NCBI GenBank assembly: GCA_973851085.1
Contig: OZ316776.1
Location: forward strand, 1,054,001 to 1,118,000
Source of the DNA: Ptychomitrium polyphyllum
Taxonomy: Eukaryota
Direction: 5' to 3'
Length of the DNA stretch: 64,000 bases
The notes beneath the pieces are model-generated. The model was not told the DNA's origin. It saw only the letters and a program-made list of their open reading frames with translations, and did no database searches. Shown here piece by piece: positions 13,175-27,449 of this stretch. Both the position numbers and the translations under genes were made by a program. Numbering within the stretch: position 1 is the first letter of the stretch; each line of letters starts with the position of its first letter.

Positions 13175-14150
13175 ATGGGCGAGGACAAAGGCATCAAGGG
13201 AGGGCAGGTGTTTGTCACTGTGGGAACCACGCTCTTCGACGCCTTAGTGAAGGAGGCGTCGTCTCCGCAATGTTGTCAAGTTCTTGTTGATTCGGGTTAC
13301 ACGTCTCTGATCATCCAGCGCGGAAAGGGGACTTTCAAACCAGTCGAGGTAGACATCGCTTCTCCAGTGATTGTCGACAGCTTTCAGCTCATCTATACAA
13401 GTGCTTGCCTTCTTGGAGGGTATTTCTTTTGGTTGAACAGACACATAGGTTGGGAACTCCTTCAATTTGCATATGATCCAGTTTAGGGTTTTGTGCTTGC
13501 CTTGATCTATTCTTGCCTAGAAAGATTTTCATTGTCCATTGCCATTGTTACGTAGCATGGTCTGATTGTATGCTGTTTCATACGTCTTCCGTTTTTCGCA
13601 GTTTGATGGCGTAGACGGGGGATTGAAAGTTTCATCTTTTGATTTTGCACCAAACTTGTCTGAGTACATCGCTTCATCTGCCTTAGTCATTAGCCATGCA
13701 GGTATGCAACCATTCTTACGATCCTTGTTCCCATTTCTCAAAGCTTCCCTCAGAGAGAAGCTACATCACTTGGCATTCAAGGTCACAAAATCCTTGTTCA
13801 TATGCTTGGTTTTCCTTTCCAGTTATGGTCTATGAATCTGCTTTCTTAATACTAGATTTGTTACAACTTTTCTGTCATTCATGGTCACAGGCTCTGGCAG
13901 CATTTTCGAGACCTTACGAGCCCAGAGGCCTCTAGTGGTTGTGGTAAATGACTTGCTGATGGACAACCACCAGTGCGAGCTAGCTGAGGAGCTCGCTGCT
14001 AGAAAGCATCTGGTATATGCCAACAGCCCAGCCACCTTGATAGAAACTCTGAGAAGCATGGAGCTGCCCACTCTGGTGCCTTACCCTCCCTCAAATCCAC
14101 TTGCCGTGGTTAGTGCCTTGGATCAGTTCCTTGGTTTTGTTGATAATTGA
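13175..14150 (+). CDS. ALG13: UDP-N-acetylglucosamine transferase subunit ALG13 (GT28 C-terminal domain)
   Basis: Exons 13175-13348, 13602-13701, 13891-14150. Motifs VFVTVGTTLFDALV, VISHAGSGSIFETL, VVVNDLLMDNHQCELAEEL. Confidence 0.93.
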
Positions 14151-15497
14151 TGGCGCATGGCATTTGGCTCCATGAGCTTTTCTACCTCTTTTCTTGAAGC
14201 ACAAATGTTGAATTTTATCCATTGCAGATCAATGGACATGGACTAGACTAGGTGACGCTGGCTTGTTAGCTAAACATGACATTTGAATCTAGTTCTTCAC
14301 TACTTGCATATATTGGGCATGAGAAAGAATACCAGATGTGAAACCATCTGTATACATTGATAATTTCTGCCTCCTGAAGCCAAGCCTTCTATTGAGTCTT
14401 CCTCCATTATTCTAATTTTATAACTGAAACATTCAGAGCCATTTGTGAACTCCTGGGATGAAGCTATTGCTGATTTCGTGTGAGCCAGGCTGGTTCATTG
14501 TCATAACTGGTGCCTGATACTTCCCTTTTATAATGTTATTTATACTTGAAGCTTCCATTTTAGACAAGCAGACGATCAAGTGCTTCTTTGTGCCAGAGCC
14601 TTCACCACCTGCATTGCTGTCACTGTGTACCAGAATCCACTTAGACAGATAAAGAAAAAGTAGAAGACTCACAAGGTCTCCAACACAAGAACGATTTAGG
14701 TTTAGCAGTTTAAGATCAGGTCATGTTGAGCTCAGTTTCAAGACTTCCGAGGACAATCGAGACGTGACAATGCAGAGCGGCTTTTGCTGCGTCTTGGTGC
14801 AAGGTTTTGTGATGAAATCTCGAACCAGTCGCTCGGAGTTGTCCTTCAACATCGGATTGATTTCACCTATGCGGAGGTTCACAACACAGCGACTGCTTGC
14901 ACTTCTAAAAACCTTCCAGTGAATGTGTTGATTTCTACCCTGATTTGATATCCGAGTATGCACTACCTTCGGCACATGCCCTTATGTCAGTATATCCGGC
15001 TCTGTCTCAGGTTGAGTCATGTCGCAATCCCGCGCTTTTTCATGGGAAGGAGATAGAGCAAAACAAAGCCAGAAAACAATTGAAGTTGAACTAGAATGCC
15101 ATTTAGGAGTTCAAAGTTCAGAGTCGAAAGATTCAGCTGAAATGCTTTGTAGGTTGGAGGTTCTGAGAAAGCTTGTGATTAAGAGAATTTTGTGCGCCTT
15201 AGCAGTTTGGTGAGATGAAGATTCTAGACGGAACATAAGTGAGTAAGGGGTTCTTCGAGGGGTTTTCGAGGTGCTTTGAAGTCTTATTAAACTCGTTTTG
15301 CAGGGTTGGAAGTGTTCGTGTCGGCTGCTGTTGCGCACTGGAGCTTTGGAGGCAATCGGGAGCGTTTCATGCAGTAGAGAAGTGCAGAGATTCGTCAACC
15401 CTGGGTTACGTTTTGTGGTGTGAATTCGGGTGCAGCAGCGTGCCTTGGTGCAGGATTTTCGTCGAGCCGGTTCTTTGTTGGTTTCCGGAATCTCGGA

Positions 15498-19217
<3,720 letters not shown>

Positions 19218-21619
19218 GGTAAACTTGCTATCTTGAGATTCATGCAGAATATATGGGTAAATGGCGATTTCTGAGATATATTTTCGGTGAACTAGTATTG
19301 GATGTACTTGGTTCTCGCTACGTCAGTGCAGGCGATAGATGTGTCGTCATGCTGCGCTTGATTTGATGGGATGTCTGCAGGTGAAGCCTGGTATTTATCT
19401 AGAATGGACCATCCTTCAATGTCGCTGCATTGCGTTGCACATTCCTGATGGTTCGTGGAGATTGCATGGATTGCATCACCTGTACATTATGAATTAACTT
19501 GAATGCAAATTTGGACTACATTCAGAGAGATGAACTCATCTATTCCCAATCCTGACCAAATTTTCTCAAAGAAACGCCCTGTCGTTAGAGTTATTTGAAA
19601 CTCATTTTTGACACAAGTAATGTGTTTTCATGAACCAATGAGAAAACTATGATGTCCAAGCATGGTTACCTTAAACTTTAGACCTCCATGAAGCTAGCCA
19701 AACTCTTACAGCTGTTGCTTACAGCTATTATTATTGCTTTTGGAAATAGATCTACATAGGTTTAGAAATGAGAACTCCCTTACAGTGCGCTTGAGCCTCC
19801 TAGTGAGCTCCTTCGCTCAAGGTAACTCTGGAACTGGTCGCTTGCAAATATTTCATGACGCTCAAGGTGAATACCTGCCTGATAATGACGACAATCACTT
19901 GAATTGATGTCCAGGTTCCTTCAGTTTCCTCGTCTATATTTTTAATCTGGGATGTCCAAATGGATGCATTGAACAAACTCCTGGAGGTGGGGATACAGAT
20001 GAAAGATGTATGGAAAAAAAATTTGGTTGTCTACATGTTAATAAGTATTATGGAAAATCATTTTCATTGACCATAATTAAGAATGTTTTTAGAATTACAA
20101 CCCAAAAGTTGATTCACAAAGGAAGACTATTTTTATTTTTTTAATATCTTTTCATCTTCTTCCTTGGCTTATCTTTTGCCTAAATTGCCCAGGATACCAT
20201 CCAAAACTTTTTACTTGTCTTGATTTCCATAAAAGAAGGTGTAAAGCAATTCTAAATCTACATCAATGTACAATTTGTAATCAACTACTATTTTTTGGAA
20301 AAATAGATATATAACCAAAATAGTAATGAAATGAAGGTATAGCTAATATTATCTTATCTTCAAGTAAAGAGTTTTAGCATTGGATCATCTTAATCAAATC
20401 TTATATATATTGAAGACTAAATCAAAAATGTTTTATTATATCTATGAAGATTGTTGATTTTGTTTGCTAATATTAATGATGATGGTTTCAAATTCTAGTG
20501 GTTATATAACAAATATTATTGTGGGCTTTGCACAAATATTTGAGCCTTCATGAGAAGCTTGAGATAGAGGTTGAGGCTGATAGATTTTACTAGTATATGT
20601 TTTAAAAGTGAAAATGCACATGTAATCAAAGAAGTTGTTTAGAAGTGATTTCTAGAAATACAATGAATATGTGGTTGCAAATGGAATACAAAGAGGCAAA
20701 GAAGGTGAATTATGTTGGCGCACAAGTATCACAAGTTAATAATTCTTATAAAATGTCATTGATTTCTTTCTTCTTTTATAAAATATCTTTGATGTTTTTT
20801 TTTATTTACAATTATTGTTGTTAATGTCATTGCAAGACTAATAGCAATAGTACCAAAGCCATTGAGAACAACATTAAATTTCTCAAAAATTTGCATTTGC
20901 CAAAAGGTATAAAACATGATGGGAAAAGATAGTTTTAATGTTGGAATTGGAAATTGTACTTTGAATAGAGAATTGTATAATGAATGGATGTCAAAGGTTG
21001 CTTTAAAATGCATGTCCATTTGAAGGACATGGGACGTAAAATTGTTAAAAAGAAGAAAGTAAACAACATAATTTGTAGATACTTATGAATGTCCTTTGTC
21101 TATTCAATTTATTTTAAATATTGTCATTTATTTTGTAATGCCATATGGAGCAAGAAGATTAAGAGCTGTGTAGGACAAAAAGTTTATATTCATAGCATTT
21201 ATGAATAACTGAAGCAACTCAATTTCACACTAGAAAATGGAAAATCAACAATAAACAATAGGGAAGACATGTGGTAGTAACTTGCACAAAGGACTAAACT
21301 TTGTTAATTGACTTGGTACACAAATTACCTCAATTTTGAATAGAACAAGATTTTCACAATAAAGTTATACCTTTTGGTGATGGACTTAATATCACTTTTG
21401 AAAAGTGTGTCAAGAAAGATCATTGAAGAATGATTCATGAAGTTATTTGATTTTTGAAATTTAAGATGATTTATTTTTAAATTTGTCTACAATAATATTA
21501 TTAAGCTAATTAGATATTTTAAAGACTTAAACTATATATATGTGAACTTCCAATACTAAAAAAAACTCTATGTTCACATATTACACACCTCTAAATCCTT
21601 TGTAGCTTTAATGTCAATG

Positions 21620-22358
21620 TGCAGCAATTGCCAAATTTTCTTCAAACTTTGACAATCTTCAACAATTATGGCAGTATTGTAAAGGACCTTCTTGTTTCTC
21701 ACATGAACGATTTGCTCATATTGATATCCTTGGCTTCCAACACATTTGCGCTGGTTCGGTTGGACAATACTAAGCTTTATATGGAGAGGAGAAAGGATCA
21801 CTTCCCCTACTCCAATTCAAAACAGCAAGTTGGTCACCTTAGGTCCAAAGTTTACCCAAGTCATTTGGAATGCTGAGCAGCTTGCAGGTGCTGAATTTGA
21901 GTTATTGTTACAAACTCACTGCGTTACCAGATTGGTTTGAAAGACTCGGAAATTTGCAGGACTAGATGCTTGAACACAGTGGAATTGAAAGTTTGTCGAA
22001 GTCGTTTGGAGTGCTAAGCAACTAGGAGGTGCTGGATTGGAGTTGTTGTTACAATCTCATTACGGTATTGGAAACTTAGAATCAGCAAGACTTGTGGCTT
22101 GAAGATATTGGAATTGGAAGTTTGGGGGAGACATTTGGAATGCTGTGCAACTTGCAACCAGTAGATCGTTTCCAGTGCTTTCCTTTGAAAATTGTACATA
22201 AGCCTCTTAAACAAGGCACAAATTTGCAGAAGCTACTTACTTGGCCTGAAAACCTTGAATCATTAGATCATCTGATGGTCGACAATTGGCATGGTAACCT
22301 GGAGACCGCAGGTTGGACATATGAAAACGAAGAGGTGCTACCAAATTCCGCATGGTGA
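21620..22358 (+). pseudogene. Decayed leucine-rich-repeat region of NLR/disease-resistance type
   Basis: Frame from ~21849 reads SLPKSFGMLSSLQVLNLSYCYKLTALPDWFERLGNLQD*MLEHSGIESLSKSFGVLSN*EVLDWSCCYNL...LWLEDIGIGSLGETFGMLCNLQ. These are LP.sfg.L..L..L.L..C repeats with several in-frame stops. Confidence 0.75.
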
Positions 22359-23867
22359 CAGAAATTCCAGACCTTGTTCCGGATCTTACGGAACAAGGTC
22401 ACTCACTTATTCCTACATACCTCGAATGTCTACCTTCACTTCTCCAATTAAATCTTCCATATCAAGTTGATTGTCCTTAAACCATTAAAGTTCATTATCT
22501 TAAACCATCACATCTTCCATACATGCATTATAGACTTTCCTAGAGCCACCAATTGTAAGATCCAAAATCACTGTAATTCACTATGTACAAGTAAACCATT
22601 GGTATACCAAACATTAAAAAGAAGTGAGTGATAGTTTAAGATATCATCACAAGTGAAAGTGGATATCATATATTTTGGACGATGGAGATCCTATATAAAA
22701 GTGTTGGATCATAAAGTGTTTTTGACTTTCAATAATTTTGTATTATCTTCAATACTAGAAAATAAAATTTGTAAAAAATGTGCATTCCTATTGAAAAGTT
22801 TCTTCCTTGAAAAGTTTCTTCCTACAAGAGAAGATTCTTTTCCCAAAAATGGCGTTCCTTAAGTTGGTGGCTGTAGGACTGTCGACCTTAATTTACCTCA
22901 ACATGCCAAGCACCTGCACAAATGAAAATTTTCGTTTCACCAGTTTTCACCTGTATTGAGATTGATATTCGCCATGTATCAATGAAGAAGCGTAAAATGT
23001 AATCCTCGGTTGAAGTCATTGGTTGTACCATACTCACCTAGGTACAAGCAGAATCATTTGGAGGGTCAAAAAGTTCGATTGTGACCCTGCAACTTCAGAG
23101 ATAACATGTGCTTTCCCAAATGTATTCAAAACAACTAAAAAGAAGAAGGAAATTTGGCACAGAAGGTCAACAACACTGTCGTGGGTAAACAATGAGCATA
23201 GTTCCCCAAAAATGTAGCGGCAGTATAAATTAACGCGTGGCTTCATATATCACATAAAGGCTGTCCCGATTCCAGTGGGCGTGCATGGAAGTCTTGCTTT
23301 AGTCTTTACTTCTCACCTAATAGAAGTTTGACTGTGAACTTGATCTGTACGTTAACTCTCAATATCTTGGCTACAGAGAAGCCAAGATTAGACATTCGGA
23401 GGTGTCAACGTGTGTTTCACCAAAACCGTTCACCTGATGATATATCGTAACTTACTCTTCTATACAACTACAGGAATGTGTGTTTTGGTCACTGATCACT
23501 TTTGCATGAAGACGCAACAACAGTTTGGAATCCATGATCGATAACAAAGGATGACAGGATGAAATATCCAATGCAATGTTGGAGGGAGGAGCAACTTCAC
23601 AAAACAATGCAGCACATAATTCATGTTCTTGCATGTTCAAATTTTCGTTTCAAGAAGGCTGAAGAGTTAATGTATCTACAAATTCAGATTTATGACCATG
23701 AGGGTCTTGGGATAAATGGTCTACGTAAAGAAGTTCTTTTAAGCGTGCAGGAGGACAATCGAGAGATGCCTCTGATTCCGAATCTGGAGCTACTCTCACT
23801 TCGTAACTTCATCGCTACACTCTCATTTGAAGCAAATAGTAATTACCTCTACTCGAAATCTTTGGGC

Positions 23868-24038
23868 AAAGGAGCTATGGTATTTCGCAGAAAGGAGCTC
23901 AAGGTCTCCTTGGGCAATTCCGTTTGCAGTTCGCAGTAGGGCTACGTCCATCTGAGTAATCAGTGGCGAAAAGGGGTAAGAAGCTTGCATCGCCAACATG
24001 CATTTCTTCAGTCACCATAGCTCCTTTCTGCGAAATAC
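23868..24038. repeat. Perfect 20-bp inverted repeat (23880-23899 / 24019-24038) plus a 14-bp inverted copy (23868-23881 / 24014-24027) bracketing the last exon
   Basis: gtatttcgcagaaaggagct on the + strand at 23880 and on the - strand at 24038-24019. Confidence 0.92.
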
Positions 24039-24659
24039 ATCGCATGAAATCATTACAAGAAGCTCCAAACCATAGTATAGATAAATCCTCCTACAGCTTT
24101 TCAATAAAAAACAAACCAAAGCATATCAAATATTTGTGTCACAGCCTACTGTAAAAGACAATACCAAATCCATGGGATAACTTACCGTATTACCTCGAAG
24201 ATAGGCCTGCTGAGTTAAACCTGAGCACAAATGCAAAGGAAGACATTTTCACTAAAGTTAGTATCGCATTTACAGGCTCTGTCATTTCATCTGTAAGGGT
24301 ACACTCACTATGAAAACATGTTAAGAATGTGACACAAAACTTTGCGGAACATTTCATTGAACTCATTACCCGAGTGCAAGAACTGTACAACAAGGTATAG
24401 ACTATTGTGCTAAGTTGACCATGTAACTCACAGCTTGAAGCACCATAGGGTTCCAAAAAGATTGTGAGGATGGATACAACTCGCTACAACTCGCTAAGTA
24501 TCAATGCTAAATAAAAAATTTAGAGGAAGGGATACCTGCAACAAGGTCTGCAGAAAGCTGCTGGTCGTTTGCAGCGGTGACATCTACCAGTGCAAGCATG
24601 GCCATGAGAATACTAACACACACAAGACGTTTCATGACTGAGCTCCGATACGAAGCCAT
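23899..24659 (-). CDS. Small secreted peptide precursor (95 aa), PSY-like DY..AN motif plus 2 Cys
   Basis: Exons 24659-24536, 24220-24186, 24027-23899 give MASYRSSVMKRLVCVSILMAMLALVDVTAANDQQLSADLVAGLTQQAYLRGNTKGAMVTEEMHVGDASFLPLFATDYSDGRSPTANCKRNCPRRP*. Signal-peptide-like N-terminus, canonical splice sites, same structure as the paralog at 26361. Confidence 0.8.
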
Positions 24660-25067
24660 GGCGTCCTGCACTTGGTCCTCGAATCCTGCGGAAATCCTAT
24701 GAGTTGTGAAGGCTCTGTGTACTCATAGAAGTGATACGCAGAGATGACCTAACAGCGACTGACTGAAAATCTGTGATCAACGTTCCTAAGACGGCAGTTG
24801 ACTTGCGATAAGTACTGCTGGAGCAAAGCTAAAAGTTCCACCAACTAAGGCACCTTTTCTTCTCGTCCCCTAGGTTTCCACCTTCGAAGTAAGGTCCCAC
24901 CCTGCACCCATATTATGTGGAAAAGCAAACGGATCTCACACTTAACTCACACCAACTTGATTCTCTGAATTTGACTTAGCGGCCACACTAAAACTTGAAA
25001 AAGATTTACCATAATTGGCATTGCAACATCGGTGTACTTTCTATGAGGTAGAAATTCCTGCAAACCA

Positions 25068-25235
25068 GCCACGTCGAGTTTAATGAAGTGATTATGCTGC
25101 TCCAGACTACAGACGTGGTAGTTCCAATCTTGTCGTCATCCTTCTTGTGGTGTTAAAAATCATATGTCCCTATATCCCAAATATAACCTGCTCTGTCTCC
25201 TAGTATAGCTTACCTTGAACTACGATCCACGTGGA
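25068..25235. promoter_or_regulatory. Cluster of three ACGTGG (ABRE/G-box-like) cores in the shared divergent promoter
   Basis: gccacgt 25068-25074, acgtgg 25113-25118, palindromic tccacgtgga 25226-25235. Confidence 0.35.
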
Positions 25236-26360
25236 CTCCACCTAATTATCACTAGTAAATACGGAGAGCAACCAAGCCACTCGTTGGGCTCAAGATGTTC
25301 CTTCTGCGATCCATCTAGACGTTCACCATTTCTATTTGTAAACTCAAGTGTCCACAAGTCAACAGCAATTTCTTAACCACTTGGCACTCTTTATGCATTA
25401 AAAAGATGTGAACAGAAATGGTTCAGATGTACAACGACCAAACCCCCAGATTGAACCGAATCCTTTACACCATATCCTTAAATAGTATCCTTACACAACA
25501 TCCCTTACACCGTATCGTTTGGCTCAGATTGTACTTCTAGAATCAAGTCCAAGAAATTCTGTCAATAAACTTGAAATATCAATTGGGCAGTCCCGTGGGC
25601 ATAAGGTGTAACAGGGAATGATCCTTCATTTAGGACGAATCGTTTGGGGTTGTGGTTCGTCTTCATTTTACGATAATCTATTTGATCATTACAACATGAT
25701 TTTAAAGATTAAAACTGTACGTACGTAGTACCAAGCGGTAGGAAGAAAGCACCTGCCTGTGAAATTTTCTTGGTTGGTGTGATTGCAAGGTGTGAACTGG
25801 GGAGTTTCAAAGTCTTCAATAAATCGTTTGAAAATTCTTATGAAAATAAAATGGAAGAAAGAAGAGCATTACAGCGCATTTCAGGGGAATCGCAGAATTT
25901 AGGAGCATTTCGGGGAATTGCAGAATGATTTCAAGGCAGATGATAAGGAAATCAATGGAAGAGATACTGTTGGCGTTGACGATCTGAAGGGGAGGCCAAC
26001 GTGTGATGCCCAGCGCGAATCGGGAAGGAGAATGTAGACATAGAGATGCGCAGGGCTCGTGGAAACAACGTCGAAGCGCATGGCAGGTAGACCTTGCACT
26101 GGGTTGTGTTGAAAGATATTGTGGCAGCAGAAGCTAAATTGCAGGGTCGAGCTGGAGTGGGTTTGGTGGGTTGGTGTTGAAGAGGAGGAGAAGGTTCCGG
26201 GGGAGACTAGTCTAGGCTTTCATTTCGGAACTTGTGCTGGAGAGGTGCGAGGTGCGAGGTGCAAAAGTATACTACATCAACAGGCAGAAGGGGGAGTGGA
26301 AGAATATTGTCTAAATCGTCCCACACGGTTCAGGTTTCTGTAATTAGTTGTCTGGTGGCC

Positions 26361-27449
26361 ATGGCTTCTTCTGGTCGCAGTTCCGTGACGATGCTATGTA
26401 TGTGCAGCGTTGTTGTGGTGTTAATGCTCCTGGGGGATGTCACAGCTGCTCTGGAGCCACAACGGAAAAGGGAAACTGCAATCCTCGGTAAATACCACCT
26501 CCTTCCTTTCTTCGTCTGGAATTCTAATGAGGTCGCAGTTGCACAACTGTTTAAGCTGGGTTCAAGCTTAAGAGCAATCCTGAGTCCCTTTTGTCTGTTC
26601 TCCGTTTGACATGAAGAATTGTAGTTGATGATGCTATCTCTTGTAAGCACTTGTGTTTAACTCACTTCGGTGTGCATAGTCGTGTTACGTTGAACTTGGA
26701 AGGTAATGGGAAAACATTCATGTTTACTTGATTTGTTTGGTTTTCTGCTTCCCGGTCAACGCTCCAAAATAGCAGTCTACAATTTTCACTTCTTGCTCCG
26801 TTTTAGGAAGTTGAATAGAGTTTGTGCACACTAAGTTCAATGGAGTTCCATCCTGACGGACTATGTCAACAAACTTGTTCCTGAGACAATTAACAAACAG
26901 TATGAATTCGTGGTTTTATATTTTTTTAGCGTAAACACATAGTTCAATTTCAGGACCGTTCTTTGAGGTAATGATACTGGAACTCATTGTTGACATAGCT
27001 CGTTAGGCGTTACAAGTATCTACAGTTCCTTCCGTTGTTGACCTGCATAGACATGAAACTAATTTCTGTTAATCATCAATCTGTTGGGTGTGCAGGTTCT
27101 ACACAAGAGTTCTATTTTCGAGGTAATCCAGTAAGTATTCAAAGGACCACGGTCGATTTTCTTACCGTTTGCGATTCTCCCAACTTTTTATACTAATTGA
27201 TGATGGCCGCCATTGTTGGATGGATTAATACTCCGAAAGATGATACACACGGTTTTGAGCCCTTTAAAATTAACGTCTGGTTTTGTTTAACTTTGATATC
27301 AACAGATCATTTCTACCGAGAACTTAACTGAGGAGCTGGAAGAAAGTTTCGAATCCTTTGCACGGCGAGAGTTAACCGACGCCGGCTACGGTGATATTCC
27401 GGCATCAGCAAACTGCGATACAAACAACACAAACTGTGTGAATCCTTGA
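26361..27449 (+). CDS. Small secreted peptide precursor (101 aa), paralog of 23899-24659
   Basis: Exons 26361-26487, 27096-27130, 27306-27449 give MASSGRSSVTMLCMCSVVVVLMLLGDVTAALEPQRKRETAILGSTQEFYFRGNPIISTENLTEELEESFESFARRELTDAGYGDIPASANCDTNNTNCVNP*. Same 35-nt middle exon length and intron phases as the paralog. Confidence 0.8.
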
